From Squalus acanthias (taxonomy: Eukaryota), in the NCBI GenBank assembly GCA_030390025.1, contig JASTWF010000369.1:434001-468641 (forward strand): a DNA stretch of 34,641 nucleotides. The letters are read 5' to 3'. The notes under the pieces are model-generated. The model had not been told where the DNA came from. It was given only the letters and a program-made list of their open reading frames with translations, and made no database searches. The stretch's first letter is position 1. Every line of letters starts with the position of its first letter. Made by a program: the position numbers and the translations under genes. Shown one piece after another: positions 11,375 to 21,746 of the stretch.

Positions 11375-12014
11375 CAAGAATCCTTGGATTCCCCCCCCCC
11401 CACCCCCCTTGGGCAACTACCTTCCCTGATCCTGAGACGTGATGTGTTCAATGAATCCCTTCAATTCAACAATGTGGGAGCTCGACAGACTTCACAGTTT
11501 ATGACTGTGAGAATGTGATTTCGATCAAACTGTTGTCACGGGGGTCGCTATAATGTTAGGATTGTTAATGCTTCGGGATTGGAAATTATTCAGGTGAAGT
11601 TGTTCCTAATCTGCTGTTGTCGCCTCGGTGCATGACCAGGCTCCCAGACATGTCCCGCAAGCTCCGACTTCTATCTGGCTCTGTGACATCAATCTACTGA
11701 CCCGGATTTCTTGGGGCATCATCTAGGATCACTTCGGAATCACTGGGGTGTTTGCAGCATTGTGTAACATGCAACGGATCTCTTTGCTGTAGGAGATTGT
11801 GATGACCGGTACCGCAGGCTATCCAGGCACCTGAAACTTGCTCTTACCTGTGGATCAGTAGGAGCAGGAATTCTCATCTGAGTCGCACAAGAATCCTTGT
11901 ATTCCACCCCCACCCCCCTTGGGCAACTCTCTTCCCTGATCCTGAGACTTGATGTGTTCAATCAATCCCTTCAATTCAACAATGTGGGAGCTCGACAGAC
12001 TTCACAGTTTATGA
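11375..12014. repeat. Pair of ~130-bp direct repeats (11375-11504 and 11888-12014) around a ~380-bp spacer
   Basis: CAAGAATCCTTG...C-tract...GGGCAACT...CCCTTCAATTCAACAATGTGGGAGCTCGACAGACTTCACAGTTTATGA present twice with few differences. Confidence 0.92.
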
Positions 12015-12023
12015 GGCATTGTT

Positions 12024-12794
12024 TTAATGGCCCAGAAAATCGTCCCAATACAGGAGAGTACGCACTGTGTACTCACCCATATTCGGTCCCGAAGTGCCGG
12101 TATCCTGCATGCACTGCGCATGCGCGGTAAACCGTCACTTCCGATATTGCGAAGGTGGCGGTTACTAAGTGAACCGCGTGCGCGCTACAGGCTGTGCGCA
12201 CGCAGCACACTTAGTTTTTTTTCAGATTTGAACGGGAAGGTTAGTGTTGAAGATTTTACACATGAAGAAAGCAGGCTTAAGACCCCCTTTTAACAAGGTA
12301 AGTAGTTAACTAAGAATTATTTAAAAAAAATTTCAACAGGTTTATCTTTTTTGAAGACTTCAAAGAAAGGTAAGTTTATTTTTATAACATTTAAAAAGAA
12401 TTTAATTTTTTTCAAAAATTAAAATTTTTGTTTAAAGTGGTTAATTTATTTAACTTTAGTTATTTTATTAATGTGATGTTTTTTTTTAATTTAATTGAGG
12501 TTTAGCTGTTCTTTTGGGGGCAACTTGTATTCATAGCTTTGACAGCTCTTGCTGTCAAAACTATGAATGAAAGATGGTGTGCTGCAATTGGGTCTAACTG
12601 GCCCACGTGATCCCAGAGCTCGCATCGAACTAACTTCGCTTCTGGGACACGCACACCCTGCGCGCTGGCACCAGGGAGAGGCCAGGAACTGAAGTTCGTG
12701 TGGGCCAAAACAATAAAGGCATGCGCGGAGTGCGATATCGCGGGGGATCCTTACCCCCGCGGCAACAATCGAAGGCCAATTTCTGGGCCATTAA
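12024..12794 (+). mobile_element. Non-autonomous TIR (MITE-like) element, family X copy 1
   Basis: Perfect 15-bp inverted ends TTAATGGCCCAGAAA / TTTCTGGGCCATTAA; GC-rich hairpin arms and AT-rich core; colinear with 26069-26810 and (reverse) 33948-34641. Confidence 0.85.
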
Positions 12795-13718
12795 TATCTA
12801 TATATATTGGCTCCTTCCAATAAAAGAGAGTTTAATCGTTCTCCAATCAGAGAGATTAAATGCACCAATTGTTAATCCATGTGTATTAAGATTCTAAATA
12901 GACAGTCCTCTTCAAAACACATCTAGTTACCTTTCTGTTTCATGAATTTCCACACAAGGTCGTGGACAAAAACCAATAAAACTCCATAAAAATTATACGT
13001 AATTTATTTTTACACAGAATGAAAGATATGCACAGTTAACATCATCACTGCCAGGAGAACAGTGGCATTATATTAATGATAAGTCACGATCACGTATGGC
13101 TAAGCGTTTTGGAAGGTTAACTCAAATGACATTCGAATGGGCAAACTGCCCAGATAACTGTTAATCCGTTTTTTATTTCCGCGCAGGGCCTGTTAATATC
13201 TCCAGAAAGCTAACATTTCTGCATATCTGTGGGGCTGCTCAGCTGTATGCAACAGACTATGTCACGTTCTGTGTTTATCTGAATGTTCTTCAATCTCACA
13301 TAAAGCATTGAGCACCCTTAATATAAATTATATATAGTATCTATTAAAGAAGATAGAGTGCATTCTTTATGTAAGTAAGATCTAGATAAAGCTAATCCAT
13401 CCAAATTTAGGCATTTATTCCATCAAATGCCTCGCATGAATTTATAATAAAATATCCTCAGCTTCAGGACTCTTGTTCCATGACTGCAGTATTGGTCATG
13501 TTGAAATATTTTGTTGTAACGTATCATTACAATAATATTCGAGAGTCCTTACTCTTTCAACGAGCAAAATCAATGCAAAATATCCCTGATTAGTAGCAGT
13601 GAATATGACACGTCTTAATCTGTTCATTCAAATGAATGTAACTATTGAGAATTATTGTACAATGCTCGTGAGTCAATTGAGGTTTTTCTCAGGTATAAAT
13701 AAGACCATAGTTTGAAAG

Positions 13719-14900
13719 CCTTCCATAGCAGTGCTTCCGACATATCTTCCTTTTTCCTCAACTGAGGATTCCCCTCTACCGTGGTTGCCACGGCCCTCGA
13801 CCGTGTCCGTTCTATCTCCCGCACTTGTGGCCTCACCCCGGCCCCGCCATCCCGGAACCACGATAGAGTTCCTCTTGTCCTCACCTTTCACCCCACCAGC
13901 CTCCACATTCAAAGGGTCATCCTCCGCCATTTCCGCCATCTCCAACGTGATCCCACCACCAAACGTATCTTCCCCTGACCTCCCCTTTCAGCATTCCGTA
14001 GAGACCGCTCCCTCGGAGACACCCTAGTCCAAACCTCTAGAAACCCCAGCACCACATCCCCCTCGCCCGGCACCTTCCCGTGCAAGCACAGGAGATGCAA
14101 CACCTGCCCTTATACATCCCCCCTTCCCACTGTCCAGGGCCCCATGCACCCCTTCCAGGTGAAAAAGCGATTTACTTGTACTTCTTGCAATCTAGTATAC
14201 TGTATTCGCTGCTTACGATGTGCTCTCCTCTACATTATGGAGATCAAACGCAGATTGTGTGACCGCTTTGCGGTACACCTCCATTCAGTCCGTAAGGGTG
14301 ACGCCGAGCTTCCGGTCGCTTGCCATTTGAATTCACCGCACCACGCCCACTCAGACCTCACCGTCCTCAGCCTCTTGCATTGTTCCACGGAAGCTCAGCG
14401 TAAGCTCGAGGAACAGCACCGCATCTTCCGATTAGGCACTTTACAGCCTTCCGGACTCAATATCGAGTTCAACAATTTCAGATCATAACCTTAGACCCTA
14501 CCATATATATATATATATTTTATCCACACTTTAAGTTTGTGCATTTTGCTTTTTTTTTTCTCTCTCCCCCATGGCAGCTGTCCTTCATTCTGCCAGCGCA
14601 TTTCACACTTCTGAGCCACCTTTTGTTTCTTAACGTGTCCTATTACCATCTTGTCTCGCCTTGAGCATCTCTTAATGTCTCTATGCCTCACCGACGTCCC
14701 CTTTTGTTCTTTTATTCCTTCCCCCAGCCTCCAATTTCATCTCTTTCATTTCCTGGTTTCTTCTCAGTTCTGACGAAGGGTCTTCGACCTGAAACGTTAA
14801 CTCTGTTTCTCTCTCCACTGATGTTGCCTGGCCTGCTGAGTTTTTCCAGCGCTTTCTGTTGTTATTTCAGTTTTCCAGCATCCGCAGTATTTTGCTATTT
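13719..14900 (+). mobile_element. 5'-truncated Penelope-like element (linker, GIY-YIG endonuclease, 3' UTR)
   Basis: ORFs 13781..13978 (DRVPLVLTFHP) and 14144..14488 (NLVYCIRCLRCALLYIMEIKR...GTLQPSGLNIEF); nearly the same as the reverse complement of 21386-22520. Confidence 0.92.
14766..14802 (+). ncRNA. Minimal type I hammerhead-ribozyme motif in Penelope 3' tail
   Basis: AGUU-CUGACGA-AGGGUC UUC GACCU-GAAA-CGUU-AACU: both core boxes, stem I AGUU/AACU, stem II, palindromic AACGUU stem III. Confidence 0.7.
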
Positions 14901-14904
14901 TATT

Positions 14905-15660
14905 GGTTCACAAGTAGCAGGTAACATTCGCACCACAAGAGTGACAGTTAATCAACGTCTCAAACAAGAGAAAGCCCAACCACCTCCTCCTGACCTTCAA
15001 AAATACCGCCACTGATGTGGTCCCCACGCTCCTCATCGAAAAGAAGCATAACTGGATCAGAAGTAAAACAGTGGACACTATTTGAGTGCAACGGTTGAAT
15101 ACAGTGCGAAGAAACCCTCATTTTCTCACCTCTTAAAGCCGCTCCATCTTCTACATGGCTCAAGTTCAGGTTGAGCTCGAATACTCATCACTCACCTGGA
15201 ACGGTGTAGCCGTAACAACACTCAGGGAGCTCTTCAACATGCAGGACAGAGCAGTTCACTTGATGGGCCCCTATGCGACTGGAAAAAATATCCACAGCAT
15301 CAATCACTGATGCATTGCAAATGCAGTTTTTACACTGCACTCTCTGCACTGTAGCAACTCACCAGGGTTACTTAACTGGGGCAGCACCTCCTTCCCCTGC
15401 GCCCTCGATTGCCTGGAAGGAGAGGGGTGGAAGTTACATGGGAAGACTGCTGCCTCCAAGTCCCCCTCCAGGACACACACGGTGATGGCTTTGACATTCA
15501 TAATGATTCCTACATCGTCGTGATTTCATTCACTAGAAATTCCCTACCTAATATCATCATAGATGTCATCACTACAATGCCTTGTGCTCTTCAGGAAAAT
15601 GTCCACCACTATTGTAACAGGAAAAACGCCACTGGCGGTAAATGCTCCCTCGTCAGCTAA
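14905..15660 (+). mobile_element. Decayed LINE (CR1/L2 group) ORF2 C-terminus and 3' tail
   Basis: YMAQVQVELEYSSLTWNGVAVTTLRELFNMQDRAVHLMG resembles the YKAQVRxxxEYxxxxW thumb region; tail GGCGGTAAATGCTCCCTCGTCAGC resembles the SINE tail at 2470-2500. Confidence 0.7.
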
Positions 15661-16175
15661 GACAAAAATAGACGGGGTAAAGAAAAAAACAAAGTGTAAT
15701 GAAGAACATAGACTAAATATAATCAGAAAAAAAAGAAGGCATAAGTCAAAAATGAGACAGAACGTGAAGGAAGAGAAATAGAGAGTGAAGCAGGAGGCGA
15801 GGGAAAAGATAGAGAGACAATATTGAAGGAAGAGGGACGAAAAATAAAAGGAGGATGGTATCAGCGGTAATTAAAGGTAGTGAAAAAAATAAAAGACGTT
15901 TGGCACTAAATGCTGCAGATTGAGACTGGAGTTAGATAGCAGGAGAGAGAAAGAAAATGGGAAATTAAAGAATAAATATAGAGGCAGCAAAGTCAAAGAG
16001 GAGAACGAGTCAGATCTAATTGAAAGAGAGGTGAGGGGACGAGAGAAGAGGAGAGGAGAGGGAAATCGTTGAAGAGAGAGGAAAATAAATGAGAGCAGAG
16101 GGTATGAAGTGAAACGAGAGCGAGACGCTGAAGTGAATGAGAGGAAAGGAAAGAGATGAGGAGAACAGAAGTGAA
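15661..16175 (+). repeat. Purine-rich (A/G) low-complexity tract
   Basis: Strong A/G bias on the + strand with GAGA/GGAG motifs. Confidence 0.7.
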
Positions 16176-16184
16176 TGAGGTGTG

Positions 16185-16740
16185 AGAACTCTATTCCATT
16201 CTCGCTGTTCCTCCCTCTCCATCGGATCTGTTTTGACGATGCTACCTGCAAGAGGAGTGCTTCCGATTTCTCTTCCTTTTTCCCCAACCGAGAATTCCCT
16301 CCAACATGGTTGACCAGTCCCCCGACCATGTCTGCCGCACTTCCCGCACTTCTACTCTCACCCCTTCCCCACCCTCCCAGAACCACGATAGGGTTCCCCT
16401 TGTCCTCACCTTCAATCCCACCAACATCCACATTAAACAGATCGTCCTCCGTCATTACCGCCACCTCCAGGGCGACACCACCAAGAAAAACATCTTACCC
16501 TGACCTCCCGTTTAATGTTTCGAAGGGACTGTTCCCTCCGCGACACCGTGGTCCACTCTTCAATCAACCCCAACGCCCCATTCCCTTCCCACGGCTCCTT
16601 CCCATACAAGCACAGGGGATGCAACATATGCCATTTCATACCCGCCTTTTCCAAAGTCTAGGACCCCAAATACTCCTTCCAGGTGAAACCACGATTTACA
16701 TGTGCATCGTTCAATTTAGTATACTGTATTCGCTGCTCAA
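16185..16740 (+). mobile_element. Internal Penelope-like fragment, more decayed
   Basis: NSIPFSLFLPLHRIC and HDRVPLVLTFNP; ends in the NLVYCI region; frameshifted. Confidence 0.85.
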
Positions 16741-16924
16741 CATTACTGGTGATAATTCTCTATCGCCCATTTGCGCTACAGTTGGAGAACAATTTCACCC
16801 ACACAGTCAGAACAGGTTAAACCGACAGAGAGACAACATGTTAGAGAACGTCAGAGCCGGAAATATACAAGGAGAGATAAAAAGAGACAGAGACAGAGAA
16901 ATTCACAGAGACAAAGGGGTAAAC

Positions 16925-19679
16925 ATTCAGAAAGGATAGAATAAAAGGAAAAGGGAGTGGGGTAGCATTGCTGGTTAAAGAGGAGATTAATGCAATAGCT
17001 AGGAAGGACATCAGCTTGGAGGATGTGGAATCAATATGGGTTGAGCTGCAGAACACCAAAGGGCAGAAAACGTTAGTGGGAGTTGTGTACAGACCTCCAA
17101 ACAGCAGTAGTGAGGTGGGGGAGGGTATGAAACAGGAAATCAGAGGTGCGTGCAAAAAAGGCACGGCAGTTATCATGGGTGACTTTAATATGCATATAGA
17201 TTGGGCTACTCAAACTGGAAGCAATACGGTGGAGGAGGATTTCCTGGAGTGTTTAAGGGATGGTTTCCTAAACCAATATGTTGAGGAACCAACTCGAGGG
17301 GAGGCCATCCTGGACTGGGTGTTGTGTAATGAGGAGGGACTAATCAGCAATCTTGTGGTACGAGGCCCCCTGGGGAAGAGTGACCATAGTATGGTGGAGT
17401 TCTACATTAGGATGGAGAAGGAAACAGTTAAGTCAGAGACCATGGTCCAGAACTTAAATAAGGGCAACTTTGAGGGTATGAGGCGTGAATTGGCGAGGTT
17501 AAATTGGCAAGCGATATTTAAGGGGCTATCAGTGGAAGGGCAATGGCAGACATTTAGAGATCGCATGGATGAACTACAACAATTGTACATCCCGGTCTGG
17601 CATAAAAATAAAAAAGGGAAGGTGGCTCAACCATGGCTAACAAGGGAAATCAGGGATAGTATTAAAACCAAGGAAGTTGCATACAAATTGGCCAGAAGTA
17701 GCAGCAAACCCGGGGACTGGGAGAACTTCAAAACTCAGCAGAGGAGGACGAAGGGTTTGATTAGGGCAGGGAAAATAAAATATGAAAGGAAGCTTGCAGA
17801 GAACATTAAAATGGACTGCAAAAGCTTCTATAAATATGTAAAAAGAAAGAGGTTAGTAAAAACAAACGTAGGTCCCCTGCAGTCGGAAACAGGGGAAGTC
17901 GTAATGGGGAACAAGGAAATGGCAGATCAATTGAACAAGTACTTTGGTTCGGTGTTTACTGTGGAGGACACACACAACCTGCCGGAAATAAAAGGGGTCA
18001 GAGGATCTGGTAAGAGGGAGGAGCTGAGGGAAATCCTTATTAGTCGGGAAAAGGTATTGGGGAAATTGATGGGACTGAAGGCTGAAAAATCCCCGGGGCC
18101 TGATGGTCTGCATCCCAGAGTACTTAAGGAGGTGGCCTTGGAAATAGTGGATGCATTGACGATCATTTTCCAACATTCCTTCGACTCTGGATCAGTTCCG
18201 ATGGAGTGGAGGGTGGCCAATGTAACCCCTCTTTTTAAAAAAGGAGGGAGGGAGAAAGCAGGGAATTATAGACCGGTCAGCCTGACATCGGTCGTGGGTA
18301 AAATGATGGAAGCAATTATTAAAGATGTCATAACAGACCATTTGGAAAGTGGCGACATGATAGGTATAAGTCAGCATGGATTTGTGAAAGGGAAAACATG
18401 CTTGACAAATCTTCTGGAATTTTTTGAGGATGTTTCCAATAGGGTGGACAGGGGGGAACCAGTAGATGTGGTGTATTTGGACTTTCAGAAGGCCTTCGAC
18501 AAGGTCCCACACAAGAGATTGGTGAGCAAAGTTAAAGCACATGGGATTGGGGGTAATGTGTTGACGTGGATTGAGAACTGGTTGGCACACAGGAAACAAA
18601 GAGTAGGAGTAAATGGGTACTTTTCAGAATGGCAGGCAGTGACCAGCGGGGTACCGCAGGGTTCGGTGCTGGGACCCCAGCTGTTTACATTATATATTAA
18701 TGATTTGGACGAAGGGATTAAATGTAATATCTCCAAATTTGCGGATGACACTAAATTGGGAGGCAGTGTGAACAATGAGGAGGATGCTAGGAGGCTACAG
18801 AGTGACTTGGACAGGTTGGGTGAATGGGCAAATGTATGGCAGATGAAGTACAATGTGGATAAATGTGAGGTTATCCACTTTGGTGGTAAAAATAGAGAGG
18901 CGGACTATTACCTGAATGGTGGCAGATTAGGGAAAGGGGACGTGCAGCGAGACCTGGGCGTCATGGTACATCAGTCACTGAAGGTGGGAATGCAAGTGCA
19001 GCAGGCAGTCAAGAAAGCAAACGGAATGATGGCCTTCATAGCAAGGGGATTTGAGTACAGGAGTAGGGAGGTGATGCTACAGTTGTACAGGGCCTTGGTG
19101 AGGCCACACCTGGAGTATTGTGCGCAGTTTTGGTCTCCTAACTTAAGGAAGGACATTCTTGCTATTGCGGGAGTGCAGCGAAGGTTCACTAGATTGATTC
19201 CTGGGATGGCCGGACTGACATATCAAGAAAGATTGGGTCAACTGAACTTGTATCCTCTGGAGTTCAGAAGAATGAGGGGGGATCTTATAGAGACATTTAA
19301 AATCCTGACTGGTTTAGACAAATTAGATGCGGGCAGAATGTTCCCAATGGTAGGGAAAACTAGAACCAGGGGTCACAGTCTAAGGATTAAGGGGAAGCCA
19401 TTTAGGACTGAGCTGAGGAGGAACTTCTTCACCCAGAGAGTGGTGAATCTATGGAATTCTCTTCCACAGAAGGTTGTTGAGGCCAGTTCGCTAAATATAT
19501 TCAAAAGGGAGTTAGATATAACACTCACAACTAAGGGGATCAAGGGGTATGGCGAGAAAGCAGGAATGGGGTACTGAGGTAGCATGTTCAGCCATGAACG
19601 CATTGAATGGCGGTGCAGGCTCGAAGGACCGAATGGTCTACTCCTGTACCTATTTTCTATGTTTCTATGTCTATGTTTC
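16925..19679 (+). mobile_element. Young 5'-truncated CR1 LINE in the intron of copy B
   Basis: Starts inside the endonuclease at FRKDRIKGKGSGVALL; ends in (TTTCTATG)-like tail; TSD TAAAC at 16920-16924 and 19680-19684; empty site near 1950 in copy A. Confidence 0.95.
16968..19577 (+). CDS. CR1 ORF2 (partial APE endonuclease plus reverse transcriptase), uninterrupted but N-terminally truncated
   Basis: [56 protein letters not shown]; 869 codons without a stop; lacks the N-terminal NARS/TETW segment seen at 25850-25945. Confidence 0.9.
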   Translation: MLVKEEINAIARKDISLEDVESIWVELQNTKGQKTLVGVVYRPPNSSSEVGEGMKQEIRGACKKGTAVIMGDFNMHIDWATQTGSNTVEEDFLECLRDGFLNQYVEEPTRGEAILDWVLCNEEGLISNLVVRGPLGKSDHSMVEFYIRMEKETVKSETMVQNLNKGNFEGMRRELARLNWQAIFKGLSVEGQWQTFRDRMDELQQLYIPVWHKNKKGKVAQPWLTREIRDSIKTKEVAYKLARSSSKPGDWENFKTQQRRTKGLIRAGKIKYERKLAENIKMDCKSFYKYVKRKRLVKTNVGPLQSETGEVVMGNKEMADQLNKYFGSVFTVEDTHNLPEIKGVRGSGKREELREILISREKVLGKLMGLKAEKSPGPDGLHPRVLKEVALEIVDALTIIFQHSFDSGSVPMEWRVANVTPLFKKGGREKAGNYRPVSLTSVVGKMMEAIIKDVITDHLESGDMIGISQHGFVKGKTCLTNLLEFFEDVSNRVDRGEPVDVVYLDFQKAFDKVPHKRLVSKVKAHGIGGNVLTWIENWLAHRKQRVGVNGYFSEWQAVTSGVPQGSVLGPQLFTLYINDLDEGIKCNISKFADDTKLGGSVNNEEDARRLQSDLDRLGEWANVWQMKYNVDKCEVIHFGGKNREADYYLNGGRLGKGDVQRDLGVMVHQSLKVGMQVQQAVKKANGMMAFIARGFEYRSREVMLQLYRALVRPHLEYCAQFWSPNLRKDILAIAGVQRRFTRLIPGMAGLTYQERLGQLNLYPLEFRRMRGDLIETFKILTGLDKLDAGRMFPMVGKTRTRGHSLRIKGKPFRTELRRNFFTQRVVNLWNSLPQKVVEASSLNIFKRELDITLTTKGIKGYGEKAGMGY

Positions 19680-20169
19680 TAAACTTAACTACGATCAACA
19701 GGCGTAAAACTGGTGCTAGCCCACTGTCAGCTTGTTTCATCTCTTTCTTGATTTCTCTTTCCAATTATCTCAATGATAAACAAAATCATGCGAGGTGAAA
19801 GAAGGGTTGTCGTCTCTATCACTGGATTTTGACCTGGTGATAAAGGTTTAACTTACCACGAGAGAGAGAAAGAGTGAAACTGAAAGAAGCAATGAATCGT
19901 GGAGTTTTCTATCGAGATTTTTCACCTACTAGAAGTACTGCCCTTCTATAAAATGTGTTGAGTTGCCTTCCTTTCCAATGGATGGGAGATACGGCAATAG
20001 AAGCACTCGCATGAAAATAATATTAGTTCACAGGTCTGTTGAACTTAATGCCATTTCCTGCCATGACGTTGTGTAGGATGCCTGATAGACAGACCCTTTC
20101 TGAAATAGGTGCCCAGGTTGTTAAGAGTGGTCAGTCTCCTGGATGTAATGGAATGGACTTTCGTTAAAC

Positions 20170-20500
20170 TACTGGAATAATAATCCAAGAGACCTGGGCG
20201 AATAATCCAGAGACCTGGACTAATACTAGAGACCTGGAAAAATAATCCAGAAAACGTGAGTTCAAATCCCAGCATGGCAGTTTGATAATTTGTATTCAGT
20301 TAAAGAATATGGAAATTTTAAACAAGGTTAACAACAATAAAATGTTTGAGAGAAGTAACCCTTCTGTCCTTACCGGTCTGATCTATCCGTGACTCAAGTC
20401 CCACACGAACGGGTGATATTTAACTGCTCTATGAAGCGGTTCAGCAAGCCACTAATTTGTATTTGGTCAACCAGGGATGGACAATAAACGTTTCCCTTGC
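20170..20500 (+). mobile_element. tRNA-derived SINE, paralogue of 2075-2500, with locally reiterated head
   Basis: GAGTTCAAATCCC B-box near 20258; about four imperfect CTGG-AATAATCCAGAGAC units at 20170-20252; tail AGGGATGGACAATAAA. Confidence 0.65.
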
Positions 20501-21433
20501 AAATAAGTCCCACATAAAATATGTACAGTGAAGTTAACTGTGCTTTAACTTATTCTCCCTATTGCCACTTAACTTCTGAAGTGCCTGGCAATAAATGCTA
20601 GCACCTCAGAAATATTTTCCCACCTAGTTGAGGTTGTTCACATCCACCATAGCCAATCTAGCATAACATACATTTATAGAAAATCCAGGATAAAGAGAGT
20701 GACGGGGTGAAAGAGAATATTAGTTAAAGCTAAACTGAAACAAAGTGGGACTGATATACAAAGAAGCAGGAAAACCGTATAGGGGAAAAGAGAAATAGAG
20801 CACCGAAGGTGACATTCAGAGACAGAGAGAGGGAGATAAGTAGCTAGAGAGTGTCGGAGAGAGAGGATGAGTAGTACAGTAGACAAAGGTGAGCTGTAAC
20901 TTCGTACATTTTCGTCACCTGCCGGTTCTTTTGCTCTGAGTACAATGATGGTTTTATTGTTTTCCCATCATTAATACAGTTAGTTTAATGACAGTCATGA
21001 TCCTCTTCCATGGAACGTGTGGTCTCTCCAATTGTATCAGCCGTTACCTGGCGGCCCTAGCACTTCCGCTCTATTGGTCCGAATAGTTGATGTCATTCTG
21101 TATGAGATCAAAGAAGTTTTTTTCCCAAGCTATTTCCTGGACTACACTTTCATCTTCCGTCTCAATCTCACCCTGATAGTTGATGCCATTGACTGTTCCG
21201 TCTGGTTAACTGTCGGCTTCACTTTTGATCGATTCATTGCCAGTTGTAACCAGAAGCTGAGCGAAAAATATTGCACCGGTAAAACTGCGGCTGTGATCAT
21301 AAAAACCGGTTGTGTGCTGTGTTATTTTGTTTCTGAATATTCCAATTTACTTTATGATCGAAACTGGGGAAACAATTAAAAATACACAGGAAAAACTCAG
21401 CAGGCCAGGCAACATCCGTGGATAGAGAAACAG

Positions 21434-21468
21434 TGTTAACGTTTCAGGTCGAAACCTTCGTCGGAACT
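21434..21468 (-). ncRNA. Hammerhead-like motif, CCGACGA core variant
   Basis: Reverse complement AGTT-CCGACGA-AGGTTTCGACCT-GAAA-CGTT-AACA. Confidence 0.5.
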
Positions 21469-21746
21469 GAGAGAAAAGCAAGAAATTAAACAGACAAAAA
21501 TGCAAGGGGAGGCTGGGGGAGGAATAAAAGAACAACAGGGTTGGTCTATAGTAAGCAGAGACAATAAGAGATGCTCAAGGCAAGACGAGATGGTAATGGG
21601 ACAGGTTAAGAAACAAAAGCTGAGGTGTGAAAAGCTGGCAGAATGAGACAGCTGCCGTAGGGGGAGAGAGAGAAAGAAAAAAAAAGGAAGAAGGCACGGA
21701 CCAAAAGGGGTAGATAAAATGTATATATATGTCGGAGGGGCCGGGT

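Noticed and set aside
13338..13376. LLKKIECILY followed by GTAAGT as possible exon 1 of copy B
   Set aside because: No YYP/GVP motif, no ATG in suitable context and no nucleotide similarity to 1343-1412.
15871..16939. 197-aa and 254-aa ORFs
   Set aside because: Composites of low-complexity purine tract, off-frame Penelope sequence and intron; not genes.
16968..19577. Autonomous or domesticated RT gene
   Set aside because: Truncated inside the endonuclease, no native start, has TSD and CR1 tail; a young insertion is the simpler explanation.
20170..20252. Short repeats resembling a CRISPR array
   Set aside because: Imperfect tandem reiteration of a SINE head with no unique spacers; eukaryotic context.
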